DNA of 64,000 bases from Octopus sinensis (Eukaryota): contig NC_043005.1 in assembly GCF_006345805.1 (NCBI RefSeq), positions 92,318,001 through 92,382,000 on the forward strand, in the 5' to 3' direction. The notes under the pieces are model-generated. The model searched no databases and had not been told where the DNA came from. It was given only the letters and a program-made list of their open reading frames with translations. Positions 1 through 14,089 of the stretch are shown here, piece after piece (positions within the stretch are counted from its first letter, which is position 1; each line of letters opens with the position of its first letter). The translations under genes were made by a program, and so were the position numbers.

Positions 1-1063
1 TCATGTCCATGGTGGGGGTTGATAGGTGGTGTCCTGCTCCCTCTTCATTCATCTCAATTTACTCATATACATTTCTATGCGTTAGAGCATTGTCCCTATA
101 TTGTACTGCAAGCTCGCAATGAATTTCAGCTCCTGACACACCTTCAGACCACAGAAATTAAATCAATGATCTCTGTTCTTCCTTGGTGCACACTGCCAGT
201 GGAGTGGCCACATTTACTCTGTAACACAAGAAAAAAACAGAAACAGTCGAGGCCAAGCCTTGGTTACATAACGACAAGAGTGCCACCTTTGAGCACATGA
301 ACACTGAAGGCAGCGCAGCCAGCCTGAAGAAAGTTTTAATGTAAGTGCAGATCATTTTTTACTTCCCCCATATAATGGAGGGCACCATTAGATGTCACCA
401 GATAAAATGGTGGTGAAATCTGAGCAAATAGCTACACCGAAAGTAGTGAGATTCAGATTGGATCAGTGCTGGATAATCCATCTGACTACAAAACCAATAC
501 CATACCCAGGTTTTCTGACTATCAAAACAACCATTATATGAAATAGGGAAACTCGTTTCCTATATATAATCACAGCTAGTAAACCTATTTTTTTAAAGCA
601 TTTATGATGATTCCAAGGTGACTTTCTGATCAGAAAAAGAAAAAAAAAAACATTACTGCAGGCATTGACTCTAATGCTGAACATACACAATCTAAATATA
701 TATTGGATGGTACAGAGCAGTAGTCCCCAACTTTGTTTGGCACCACAGACTGGTTTCATGCAAGTCAGTTTTTCTACAGATTATAGGATCATGCATTCTT
801 ATTATTGTTACAGTTAGCTTCTGGGCTTAGTTTGTCAGCGCATGAAAAAAACTAAGACAAACATGGGAGAAAGCGACACAAATGGATGTAGTAACTTTTC
901 AAAATAAAACCCCCTTCAGACTATGATAAAATGGAAATGAAATTTTAAAATTTATTCTTTCTCTGTGGCCCTGTACAAAATGATTCACAGCTCAGTAATT
1001 GTCTGTGACCTTGTGGTTGGGGACTCCTGATGTGTAGAGAATAACAAAAATATTGAAGCTCAC

Positions 1064-1174
1064 CTCCAACAGTGCTATTACTAACATGGACAAACCAATT
1101 ATGACTGCATTCATTTTGAAGATATTCATCAAAACGGGAACACAACCTTGTATGAAAATGCGTTTGTTTGGATT
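1064..1174 (-). CDS. Tetraspanin coding exon 5 (end of EC2, TM4): NPNKRIFIQGCVPVLMNIFKMNAVIIGLSMLVIALLE
   Basis: IFxxGC motif supplies the 8th EC2 cysteine; strong pyrimidine tract plus AG, GTGAG donor; 111 nt; no convincing final exon found in 1-1060. Confidence 0.9.
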
Positions 1175-3926
1175 CTGTCAAGAAGAAAAAAAAGAAGAAA
1201 AATATTCAATTTAAAAAAAAGGCCTACCTCCAGCCTACAGATACATGAGACCAGAGCTTAAACAGATTTTCAAGGTGTTTAAACTGAGTATACAAGAACT
1301 TCAAGAATTGAAACCACCATCTACTAGTCATCAAGCCAATGCCATAAACACTGGACCACATGCTTTTACATATTAAATTAAGGACATATTAAAAGCATAT
1401 TGAATCGTAAAGCATTAAAACTGAATAGTAATATATTTAGAATGGTCTACAAGATATCAGAAAGATTATCTTTCTGTTTGTCTTTTCAAATGTTCTTCAT
1501 TTAATATTCATCAGTATTTCAATCTGAACTTTGGAATTCATTATTTTGTATTAAAATCTGAAAACCTATTTAATACTATTGCACTTCTGACAAAAATATA
1601 TATTGATATAAAGCTATGAATGTATGAAAATATATAAATTATGTACAAAAACAGAGATAAGTTTCTTATCCCCATGAAAATAAAATTTAACACAATATAT
1701 GGATACAATTGTGCCAATCTATTCTTTAAAAAACTGTTGTACTATTTATAGAACTACGTGGAAGTTAGAAAGCAAACTCAAGTCTTGATTGTCTTTATTC
1801 TTATCAAATACAAAGTTTAGCCCTTTTGATACCAATTTGCCTGAGATTGCTCCCAGCACATTTCACATATATTCCAAACACCAGCTTAATAATGATAGTT
1901 ATTTCACTAGATCCATCATTGCTTCAAAATTAATTGAAACAAAGGCAATATCTTTTAATTTGTAAATGTTAACAAACGAGTTAAAGAATAATATGGAAAT
2001 AATTTAATTCACAAACTATGAATTCTAAAGCAAAATAATTTCTAGTCTGAAGCTGGGACCTGGAATCAACTTGTGTTTAATTATGTGACTCCTTAAGTAA
2101 GGATATATGCTTAGTTACCCTATCCTCTAAGAGGACAAAGTTTAAATGTTAGCCTTTTGTAATCTCCCACCCATATAATCTCAGGTTCAGTCCATTTGCA
2201 TGGCACATCAGATAAGTGCCTTAGCTTCAGGCCAACTAAAGCGTTGTGAGTGGATTTGGTACACAGAAATTGAAAGAAGCACATCGTGTGTGTGTGTGTG
2301 TACATAAGTATGTGTGTGTGTGTGAGTTACTGTCTCCTAGCTTGGACTTTATGTAATAGCTGTAAACCAACACTATCATGCAAACAGTTTCTTTCATTTC
2401 CAGTACTCTGTTGTGAAAGTATGCCTGCTCACAGGGAAATATTCCCTTGCTTGGAAACAGGTGAGGGTTGGTGACAGGAAGGGGCATTCAGCCACAGAAA
2501 AAAATCCATTTCTACAAATTCCATCTGACCCATGCTAGCATGGAAAAGTGAATGTTAAATGATGACAAATGATGGATTGATTAGCTTGAGAAGTTACAGT
2601 AATTGGGGTAATGTTGTGGCACAGGTACCTTTTCCAAATATATTAGCAAAGAGAAAATAGCAAAACCAGGTACTGAACTTGAGTTGAGATTTGCTTCCAT
2701 AGAATCTTATTTTTTATGCGACAGCATCTATCAACTGAGAAATTAATATCATACTAGGATGTTTACATCTGTGTGGCAACAGTAACAAGCTGTGACAATC
2801 CTATCTATATATATTCATTACCTCACAAAGGCTAGAATCTATCAACTAGAATTATGATGATATTGTAACAGAAAGATTTGACAAATTGACATGAAGCCAC
2901 TCACAGACACCCACCAGCCTCTGGCCCACAGACATACCATCTTCTCTTTATACGCCTTTTCCACCACTACTCTATTGGCCTCCATTCTATCGAACTAGCT
3001 GTGTCCATGCCACCTCACTCATCTCTCCTCCTCCATTCTCCCTTGTCACCACTCTTCAGTTTCTGGCCTCACACAAATCCCTATACACAGTCTTTCTTTC
3101 TCGGATTGTTGAACTTCTGGAATTTCTTCCCTGCTCATATCTTTCCCACAGAAGATGTTCTGGGGAATAAAGACTGGTAAATGGTTGTTTGTGTAGGATC
3201 AGGAGGTGAATGCAACAAGGGTAATGAGGAGTGGGCTGGAGGTGCTTGAGTGGAGGAGCTATGAGAATGGTAACTTTAAGGAACAGAGGCCATTACAGCA
3301 ACAACAGAAAAGACAAAGAGAAAAGATAGCATGCCTACTCGCCACAGTATACTTAGCTGTAAATAGGCTCCACTCTTAGCAGTTCTTGAGACATCCAACC
3401 ATAAAACACTTTAGTAAACAATATGCAAAGACCATTCCACTCATTTTAGCATGAAATAAAGGATACACTACTACAAAATAATTGTTCCTAACATAGGATT
3501 GACATTGAGTAAAGACCAAGTTAAAATTATAATTTTCCAGGCTAAGCTTATCTTTAGGGTGAACATTTACAATATTTATATCTACACTATATCTTAATCG
3601 GTTTGATCTCCCTTTGTTATCTAGTGTCTTATTCCTGGATATATACCTAGTCTCAATTTGAACTTGAATGCAGCCATTGGCACGTTTATATGTGTTGTTG
3701 ACTTAGCAGATAAAGACACTACTTAGTTTACAAATAATGGTCCCTAGTTTGAATCTAGTCTGGGAACATGCACATATCAAGGAAAAGACAATTAGTGATT
3801 AAACACAGCAAAACAGATATTTTTAGATATTGTAAATACGCACTTGAAAAAAAACCCAGCACATTACAGATAGATTTAATTAAAAGAAATTTTTATGAAA
3901 GAAATTAAGGTACTGATATAACTTAC

Positions 3927-4091
3927 ACTGTGACTTGTTCGTGGCAAATTCCATAGTAATCCACATCGAGTAATGACTGGTGGGTGGCAGCAAGAATCTG
4001 GTACCTTGCATGTAAGATGTCCATGGGCACTGCAGTTGAAGAATGGATTAAAATTCCAATCTTCATATGTCTTAGTACCACAACAACTATA
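3927..4091 (-). CDS. Tetraspanin coding exon 4 (EC2): YSCCGTKTYEDWNFNPFFNCSAHGHLTCKVPDSCCHPPVITRCGLLWNLPRTSHS
   Basis: CCG, DWxxNxxFNC, PxSCC and CG motifs; TTCAG acceptor and GTAAGT donor; 165 nt; absent from the ORF track and translated manually. Confidence 0.95.
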
Positions 4092-4104
4092 CTGAATTAA
4101 AGGA

Positions 4105-4143
<39 letters not shown>

Positions 4144-4178
4144 ATAGATATATATATATATATATATATATTTATTTT

Positions 4179-4237
<59 letters not shown>

Positions 4238-4339
4238 GTATATATATTATATATATATATATAATATATATATATAGTATATATATAATATATATATATA
4301 TTATATATATATATATATATAATATATATATATATATAT

Positions 4340-4408
<69 letters not shown>

Positions 4409-4588
4409 TATATATATTATATATAATATATATATATAATATATATATTATATATATATATTATATATATATATTATATATATATATATATAGATATATA
4501 TATATATAATATATATATATAATTATATATTATATATATTATATATATATATATATATTATATATATATATAATATTATATATATATA

Positions 4589-4626
<38 letters not shown>

Positions 4627-4653
4627 ATATATATATATTATATATATATATAT

Positions 4654-4701
<48 letters not shown>

Positions 4702-4767
4702 TATATATATAATATATATATATATTATATATATATATATATATTATATAATATAATATATATATAT

Positions 4768-4814
<47 letters not shown>

Positions 4815-4821
4815 ATATATA

Positions 4822-4898
<77 letters not shown>

Positions 4899-4909
4899 TT
4901 ATATATATA

Positions 4910-4962
<53 letters not shown>
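4105..4962. repeat. ~860-bp (TA)n microsatellite; other large TA/TACA arrays at about 30.9, 41.4-42.0, 47.55-48.05, 53.05-53.28 and 54.95-55.82 kb
   Basis: Directly visible. Confidence 0.97.
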
Positions 4963-4965
<3 letters not shown>

Positions 4966-5429
4966 AATGATTTTAATAGTATAAAAATATGAAACTACAA
5001 TAGTCACTTCAGTAAAAAAATAGCATGAAAGCCTAGCCATTTCTTACAACCAATAACACTTAGTATTTGTTCTACATTTTTTTTTCAACTATTTTAGATG
5101 CCTATGTAGTCTTAAGCATACATAGATACACGCTCAGCTCTCCCATCTTTCACTCAAAAGAACATTCAGGATGTGAAAGCTGGAAAGAGAGAAGGCAGCA
5201 CAAGCACTGGGCTGGTACTCATTTTTGACCATGTACACTAGCACATGATATAGTGTGCTTGCTTAAAGAGATAATGCACTGCTTGGTCTAGGAATTGAAC
5301 ACACAAACTTATAATCATGAACCCAACACTCCAACCACTTGGTTATATAAATAATGTAAAATGCATCTCTTCTTTGTAATCTTCCAGGAATCCATAATGA
5401 TTTTTCTTAATCTGTTCATCATTCTCCTT

Positions 5430-5900
5430 TACAGCAGCGAGTCATGAGGGTGGAAGATATTAAGCGACTAGAATCTTTCGATCACCTCTGTCTACACCGC
5501 ATCCTTTGTGTCCGATGGCATCACTTTGTCTCCAACAATTCGGTGTGACACCAGTGCAGAATCACCTCCCTCTGACAAGTCATCCTAACGAGACGTCTGC
5601 GTTGGCTGGGTCATGCCCTTCGTCGTCAACCAGGAGAATTCATCTATGAAGCAATTGCCCCAGCTCCCCTTCAGGGTTGGCGAAAGCAATGTGGTGGACA
5701 ACGAAAAACCTGGCTGATGACAGTCAAGACTGATCTGGAACCCAACCTAGGCCCCCATATCTACGGCATTCGCCGCTGGAATAAGGAGTGGTTGGAGATC
5801 ACACAGTCATTAGCCTCAAATTGCCAGGTCTGGTCGGTGTTTGTGAGAGATGCAGCATTGAGGATGAATGAAGCCAGCTCAACCCACCCTGGGTGAATGC
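5430..5900 (+). mobile_element. Decayed RTE-like LINE 3' fragment
   Basis: Translates to FDHLCLHRIL..RRLRWLGHALRR..GGQRKTW with stop codons. Confidence 0.65.
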
Positions 5901-6524
5901 TGTCTCAAGACAAGTCAAAAAGTTCATGGTGAGTTCAAAGTAGAGTGAAATGTTTCTACATCAGTCATCATTTGCAAGGAATAATCAAAACCAGGATTCA
6001 GATTCAACAGTGAAGCTGAATGTAGAGGCTGTAGATTCTGATCTGAGACTGAGTACCCGAGTGACTTCTCTACCAACTTAACCTTGTCCATAAGAGCATT
6101 TGGAACTCAGCGCAGCAAGCTGATGAAGCACTTGTTAATTAAAAATGCTTTCAGTGTTTAGAGAAGTGAGAAGAATTACTCATTATAGTATCTCATTACA
6201 GTTACATAAACTGAGGCAATAAGAATTACATGATCTTGGCTATAAATAGTAAGATGTGCCTGTGACAATATATGAATTATCAACAGTTACCTGCAGTAAT
6301 CCATAAGCTAAGTAAAAGTATAGATTAGTAGCAAAGAATAGTGAAGTAGTAATACAAGATGTAATAACAGAGGTAAAAATATTGCATAATATTTTTGTAA
6401 AAGTAAATTACACATATGTAAAATAGTTAAAATAAAATATATCAATTTCTTAATTACCCTTAAATATGCAGCAAAATTTTAATAAATAAAGATTAAATAT
6501 CATGCCCCAAAATATAACTTATGA

Positions 6525-7372
6525 CTGGGCTGTGACTGCTGAGGACATGCGTAAGTTTGCAAGGAATGAAGCCAGTATGCTCCGATGGATGTGTAATGTC
6601 AGTGTGCATACACGACAGAGTGTAAGTACCTTGAGAGAAAAGTTGGACCTAAGAAGCATCAGTTATGGTGTGCAAGAGAGACGACTGCACTGGTATGGTC
6701 ATGTGGCGAGAATGGATGAGGATAGCTGTGTGAAAAAGTGCCACACCCTAGCGGTTGAGGGAAGCTGTGGAAGAGGTAGACCCAAGAAGACCTGGGATGA
6801 GGTGGTGAAGCACGACCTTCAAACATTAGGCCTCACCGAGGCAATGACTAGTGACTGAGACCTTTGGAAATATGCTGTGCTTGAGAAGACCCAGCAAGCC
6901 AAGTGAGACCATAACCTGTGGCCTATGCCAGGGGTATAACCAGCTCACTTATGCGTACCTTTCCTTCATTGGACACTAAACTCTGCTTGCGAAGACCTGT
7001 TGAGGCAAGTGAAATCGAAATCGAAATCAAATTCGATGACTGGCATCTGTGGTAGTGGAGCGCTAAGAGCACCATACGAGCATGATCGTTTCCAGAGCAG
7101 CTGACTGGCTTCTGTGCCAGTGGCACGTAAAAAGCACCATTTGAGCGTGATCATTACCAACGTCACTTTACTGGCACTTGTGCTGGTGGCATATAAAAGC
7201 ACCCACTACATTTTCAGAGTGGTTGGCATTAAGAAGGGCATCCAGCTGTAGAAACTCTGCCAGATCAGACTGGAGCCTGGTGCAGCCATCTGGTTTGCCA
7301 GTCCTCAGTCAAATCGTCCAACCCATGCCAGCATGGATAGCAGACGTTAAACAATGATGACAATGATGATGA
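6525..7372 (+). mobile_element. RTE LINE 3' fragment
   Basis: ORF 6502-6858 matches the RTE C-terminus; (GAT)n tail. Confidence 0.9.
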
Positions 7373-8189
7373 AAACTTTTCAAAGTGCAGATGAATTCAG
7401 AAGTGTAGCGGCCAGTCAATACTGTGTATGAATACATGTTTAAGATGCACACTAAGACTGGCTTCCCAGTGGATTGTGCGAAAAGACTCAACCATTGCAG
7501 GCCAAGATTCAGTGGTCAGAAAGGTAATATCCAGCAATGTCACTGTAGCACACATAATTCAGGGCGCAGTGAGATGCATTAGCCATCTCACTACATCCCT
7601 GATATATCCACTGTTGTCTCTGACATTCCTTGGCACTGCATCAGGACAACAGAGATGAGAAAGGGAGGCTAATTAAGTGCAACCCTCCTTCACTAAAATT
7701 CAAATCAAATGCCTGTTAAAACTTTTCCAGCATAAATAAAATATCAAATTTCTTCAAACCACAAATAGTGGATCTTTCATTGTGGTTGTTGGGGTATCAC
7801 AGACATGTGCAACAATGAAACATTAACATTTCCATAGTTACATAACTCATGGGAGCACATGGAAGGTATATAGGAGCCATCCTGAATCTCAGATTACCGA
7901 CATGGTTGCTTACTTTATCAACAATATTCTTTAAGAAATGCTTTCGGTATCTAAGCAGTGAGTCTTGATCGGCTTCAGAAACAAAGAATGGATATAAATA
8001 TATTAGTCATCCACCTGCCTTTCAATAACATTGATGGCATCATCATCATCATCATCATTGTTTAACGTCCGCTTTCCATGCTAGCATGGGTTGGACTGAG
8101 GGCTGGCGAACCAGATGGATGCACCAGGCCTCAAACTTGATCTGGCAGAGTTTCTACAGCTGAAAAAAAATCTACTTTATTTACAGACT

Positions 8190-10781
8190 ATCATCATCAT
8201 CATCATTATCATCGTTTAGCGTCCACTTTCCATGCTAGCATGGGTTGGACGGTTCAACTGGGGTCTGGGAAGCCAGAAGGCTGCACCAGGCCCAGTCTGA
8301 ACTGGCAATGTTTCTATGGCTGGATGCCCTCCGTGAGTGTAGTGGGTGCTTTTATGTGCCACCGGCACAGGTGCCAGATGAGGATGGCAAACGGCCACGA
8401 TCAGATGGTGCTTTTTACGTGCAACCGGCACGGGGGCCAGGTGAGGCTGGCAACGGCCACGTTCGGATGGTTTTCTTACGTACCACCGGCACTGGTATCA
8501 CAGCTGCAATTTCTATTGATGTTGATCGATTTCAATTTTGAGTTCGATTTTGATTTTCACTTGTCTCAACAGGTCTTCACGAGTAGAGTTTTGCGTCCCA
8601 AGAAGGAAAGGTATGCATAAGTGGACTGGCTACATCCCAGGTAGAGGCCAAGAGTTATGGTCTCACTTGTCCTGCCGGGTCTTCTCAAGCACAGCATACT
8701 TCCAAAGGTCTCGGTCTCTAGTCATTTCTTCAGTGAGACCTAAAGTTCGAAGGTCATGCTTCACTACCTCGTCCCAGCCTCTTCCACAGGTTCCCTCAAC
8801 CGCTAGGGTGTGGCACTTTATCACACAATTATCTTTATCCATTCTTGCCACATGACCATACCAGTGCAAACGTCTCTCTTGCACACCACAACTGATGCTT
8901 CTTAGATCCAACTTTTCTCTCAAGGTACTTACACTCTGTCGAGTATGAACACTGACATCACACATCCATCGGAGCATATTGGCTTCATTTCTTGCATGCT
9001 TACGCATATCCTCAGCAGTCACGGCCCATGTTTCACTGCCATGTAGCATGGCTGTTCGTACACATGCGTCATACAATCTGCCTTTTACTCTGAGCGAGAG
9101 GCCTTTTGTCACCAGCAGAGGCAAAAGCTCACTGAACTTTGCCCAGGCTATTCTTACTCTAGCAGTTACACTTTCAGCACACCCGCCCTCGCTACTGACT
9201 TGGTCACCTAGGTAACGGAAGCTATCAACTACTTCTAGTTTTTCTCCCTGGAATGTGGCGGAAGTTGGTCTCAGAGCATTTTCAGTGTTTATTGCTCCTG
9301 AGCATCTGTCACATACAAAAACTATCTTCCTAGTTAGTCTTCCTTTGACATTGCTGCACCTCTTATGTGTCCATAGCTTACACTTGGTGCATCTTATAGA
9401 GTTTCTACCTACGCCTCTTCTACAGATCGAGCAGGGTCATCTACCTGAAGGCGTTTGTGATTTGTCTACCTTTCTACTTATTAGGACTTTGGTTTTAGCT
9501 AGGTTGACTCTAAGGCCCTTCGATTCTAATCCTTGCTTCCACACCTGAAACTTCTCCTCCAGTTCTGATAGTGACTCAGCAATTAGAGCAAGGACATCAA
9601 CATAGAGGAGCTCCAAGAGGCATCCTGTCTTGAATTCCTCCATTATTGCCTGGAGGACTATGATAAATAGGAGGGGGCTGAGGACTGAACCTTGGTGGAC
9701 CCCTACCTCTACTTTGAATTCTTCACTGTACTCGTTGCCAACCCTCACCTTACTAGCAGCGTCCCTGTACATGGCTCGCACAGCTCTCACTAACCATTCA
9801 TCTATCCCTAGTTTCTTCATTGACCACCAGATAAGGGATCGGGGGACCCTGTCAAAGGCTTTCTCCATGTCAACGAAAGCTAAGTACAGGGGTTTATCTT
9901 TGGCTAGGTATTTCTCCTGCAGCTGTCTTACCAGGAATATAGCATCAGTGGTACTCTTCCCTAGCACAAACCCAAACTGCATCTCATCTAAACTAACACT
10001 TTCTCTAATTAGTCGGGCTATGACCCTCTCCGTAACTTTCATTACCTGATCCAACAGCTTGATACCTCTGTAATTATTTGTATCTAGGGCGTCACCTTTA
10101 CCTTTGTAGCAGTTGACTATTATGCTGCTACACCAGACATTGGGTATGACTCCTTTGTGTATCACCTGATTAACTATACGGGTGACTAGGCTATAGCTGA
10201 CACTACCAGATATTTTGAGCATCTCTGCAGTGATTCCTGATGGGCCTGGGGCTTTCCCTGTCTTCATGCTTCTAATCGCCTTAACTACCAAGGAACTGTC
10301 AACTCGGATAGCTGGTCCCTCTGTTGGGTCGACATTTGGCAGACTCTCTTTATCCCATTCATTTTCTTTATTCAGCAACCTTTCATAGTGGCGTTTCCAA
10401 GCCTCTCTCTTTGCATCCTCATTTAGTGCAAGTGAGCCATTATCATGCAAACATTTCTCTCCTACCACATCACGATTCTCTCTCACACACTGTCTTGCAA
10501 CACAAAATACCTCAAGTCTTTGGTCCTCATGACGCAGAACATTGGCAAATCTTTTCTTATCTGCTTCCCCTCTGGCTAAATAGACCTGTCTCCTAGCTTC
10601 CCTTTTGGCAGTCTGATACAATTCCCTGCTAGCACCATTTTTCCAGTCCTTCCAAGCCTGTCTCTTTTCTCTAATAGTCTACAACATTGTTCCACCACCA
10701 CGTTATTTTGGGTCGAGAGGGGACTTTGCACCAGCCACAGATCTGGTCAGTGGCTCTCAGCAGGTTGTCCTTTCGAAACCT
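8190..10781 (-). mobile_element. RTE-clade LINE, 5'-truncated, with RT domain, 3'UTR and (GAT)n tail
   Basis: ORFs 9437-10621 (KAPGPSG, QFGF, FVDMEKAFD, GVHQGSVLSP, YVDV in place of YADD) and 8663-9124 (HGSETW, RLHWYGHV); frameshifted. Confidence 0.95.
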
Positions 10782-11309
10782 CACTCTACAATATTTTGCT
10801 CCATGAAATCCTCTGATTTCATCTGCATCTTACTTAACTTATTTGTTGCTCTCATTAATCCAAACATCATTTCTCCTACCAGGAATCTCCACGCAGTAAT
10901 CTATAGCAAGTAGCATGTTACTACTATCGTGTGTCTCTTTCAAATGTTTAACTTCATTGCACAGCTCACAGCTACTGTCTAACCCAATTGACCCAACACC
11001 CGTAACAGAGCAATGAGAGAAACAGTAGGATCTCGGGACAACTAGCTCTGGCTTGCATTGGCAGTTAGTGAGCATAATCAGTTTAAATGTGAAAGAAATT
11101 GGTTTTCCATGAGGAAGGAGAAAATTCTACAATATCAAGTAGATCTGTTCATCAGAGGAAGATGTTACCTGGAGTACTGTGTGTCATAGATTATGTTCAA
11201 CAACTGGTAACTTGGGGCTGCAACAAGAACAGCTACAATAAACTATCAATTATACACTCCCCCTATACATGGCCTTGTGATATTTGTAAGAAAAATATAT
11301 GAAGCTTAC

Positions 11310-11480
11310 CTTTTGTTGAAGGTCATCGAGTACAGCATCTTTTTTCTGATTCAATCCATATTGTTTGATACCTTTGCTGATACTGTGAGTTATATTTCCT
11401 TGGATGTTTGACATTAGTGTGAGGGCAAAGACAAAGGTGACAATTTCTAGCAAGAATATCATCATCACACAAATACAGAA
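11310..11480 (-). CDS. Tetraspanin coding exon 3 (TM3, start of EC2): FCICVMMIFLLEIV...KQYGLNQKKDAVLDDLQQK
   Basis: TM3 with conserved E, then Y...DxLQ helix; TTTACAG acceptor and GTAAGC donor; 171 nt. Confidence 0.93.
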
Positions 11481-11677
11481 CTGTAAAGAATAAATATTAC
11501 AACTGAAATCATAGCAAAAAAGATTATTCCCATAGATACTCAAATGAAGAGAGAAAAATATTTTTAATCATGACCAGATAAAAAAAATTGAAAAAAATAC
11601 ATATAAGAAGGTGAATACTTAGAAATTTTCATTTCTTGAATACAAACTCAGTATCAGAGATTTATACTGCAATTATA

Positions 11678-11913
11678 TCTGTTTCTTTAATACCCACAAG
11701 GGGCTAAACATAGAGGGGACAAACAAGGACAGACAAACGGATTAAGTCGATTACATCGACCCCAGTGTGTAACTGGTACTTGATTTATCAATCCCAAAAG
11801 GATGAAAGGCAAAGTCAACCTCAGCGGAATTTGAACTCAGAACGTAACGGCAGACGAAATACAGCTATGCATTTCGCCCGGCGTGCTAACGCTTCTGCCA
11901 GCTCACCGCCTTA
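11678..11913 (-). mobile_element. tRNA-derived SINE (second family) with a 25-bp target-site duplication; other copies near 24.2 and 27.6 kb
   Basis: TGGCAGAAGCG A box, GAGTTCAAATTCC B box; atcagagatttatactgcaattata at 11653-11677 and 11914-11938. Confidence 0.85.
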
Positions 11914-13145
11914 ATCAGAGATTTATACTGCAATTATAGGGAACATGCAGTAATAATCATGGCATATGTTGTCAATTATACTGATATGAAATTGCAAGAG
12001 AGTCAATAAGACATATTTCTCTAGATCTACACAACAACTGAGTAAAACTTCAAAACAACAAGATACATCTGGGAAAAAGAAAATATCACTGAAACAATTT
12101 ATAAAGAATTAGCTAGGGCAGGGTACTTGTTACTATGTTTTAAATATATTTATATAAGTAAAGTATAAAATATGCAGGCCAATGGTGAAAAAGAAAGTGA
12201 ATTCAAATTAGAAAAGATAGATATTACACTAGATACCTTTTCTTTTTTTTACCATTTAGTCAAGAGGGAAGAGCAGTGCCCATGACCCTTCTCAGAGTGG
12301 GGGAGAGTAGGGAGGAGGGTAAGATAAGGGGTAAGAGAAAGAAAGAGAGAGAGAAGTGTCCTCAAATTTGAGACCTGGCTCAAATGCTTGCAACAGAATG
12401 AATTCTACAAAAGACACCTGAGGGCCAATTGGTAGTGATAAACTGGGTGACAGATTAAGTTTACCACCCAAGTAGGTTATGGCACAACTTGAACTCAGAA
12501 AGCAAAAAACTGGAACAAACATTACAAAGCATCCAGTCTAACAAATCTATCAATCTGCCACCTGAGATTGGTGATTTATCTTTCCCAGAATGATAAAAAG
12601 TAAAGTTGACTCAGGCAGTGAATTAGCTAAATTATGTCATGATTAGTTATTTCACTAAATCTGTCCAAATTCTTGATTATTTTCTAAATAAACTGAAACA
12701 GAGAAAGATCATACAAAAAATAAGACTATTTTCTGAGGTTTAGGGGTAGTATTTAGTTGTAAAGCAAAAGAATTCAATTGAAATGTAGGTAATAAGAAAT
12801 TCTAAGGACAGCTGAAGAGCTGAAAGTCTTCAAAGAAGAAGCCCCCAAACTTAGGCAAATGTTTCAGCACTCTAAGGGCCCAAGCCCCTTTCAGGTCATG
12901 GTTCCTGGATACCTCTCTGTTGCTACATTCTGTGTTACTGTTTGCATTGCAACTCTCCTGGGTGGTTAAGGTACCCCAGAGCCAAGGTACCTTGACTGTT
13001 GTAATCAGGTCAGTTTAGGATGCCAGATGATTGAAGGATGAATTATGCGTTCTGAAATTCACTTTCAAGTGAAATTCAGGAGTAATATTTAGTTGAAAAG
13101 CAAAAAAATGAAAATAAAATGTATAATTTAGAACTAAATACTTAC

Positions 13146-13331
13146 AAAATGAAGAGTCCAAACACTTTCCCTTAAAGCTCCAAGGCAGCCAAGAAGACTA
13201 ATAAATACAACAAAAGCACCCATTCCTAATACAAAGTATACAGGATCCATATCGATCGACTCAAACAGACTGATTTCTTCACGCTGCAAACGGGTTACCA
13301 TACTCATGGCCACCATGACACAACCCAGAAC
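13146..13331 (-). CDS. Tetraspanin coding exon 2 (end of TM1, EC1, TM2): VLGCVMVAMSMV...GAFVVFISLLGCLGALRESVWTLHF
   Basis: GCxGALRE tetraspanin signature; AG acceptor and GTAAGT donor; 186 nt, phase 0/0. Confidence 0.93.
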
Positions 13332-13940
13332 CTAAAAACAGACATTTTGAAAAGTTATGAAAATGATTGATAACAATTGAATATAGTTTTCTTTACTTGT
13401 TGGTTTTTCCCTTCAATGTTTTTACAAAATTGTTCCCATAAAGGCACTGACGGACACACTCTAGCCCCTGACTTGCAAGCACGTCTCCTTTCTCAGTAAA
13501 AAAAAAGCAATTTGAATGAATTGGTGCAGGAGAGTTTAAGAACAAAATATTTGAAAGGCATGACAGGTTGGTTTAAGAAGCAACCATGTAGTTCTAGGTT
13601 CCATTCCACAATACCGGGGCCAGTCTTAGGAGGTGCAGGGCCCAACTGGGAACAGTTTTGGTGGGCTCCAGGTTCCCAGTCAACTTGCACCTCAGAAATT
13701 CCTCCCCACCATGTTGGAGTTATTTTTTTTTTCTCATTTAATTTTCAGGTGCTATCAACTAATCTCACCCCTTAATATAATGCAGAGGACTTTTCCCCAT
13801 TTGTGGCATATTAGGAGATCAGAATAGTGGCTGTTTTGTATGTTTAATAACTGCTATTTCTAGTAAACTAAACAGCCATGTTAAGGATGGGCTGCCTTTC
13901 AGTTTATTTAAATCAGAGTATAATGGGTATGTGTGTGGGC

Positions 13941-13983
<43 letters not shown>

Positions 13984-14089
13984 TGTATATATGTGTGCGT
14001 GTGTGTATGTATGTATGTGTGTGTGTGTGTGTATATATATATGTATGTATATAAAGGGGTTTGTATGATTGTCTATAGAGTGATATATA

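Noticed and set aside
463-759. Minus-strand ORF as the final tetraspanin exon
   Set aside because: Candidate acceptors give an immediate stop or a peptide (KVTLESS*) that does not complete TM4; the last exon is probably outside the window.
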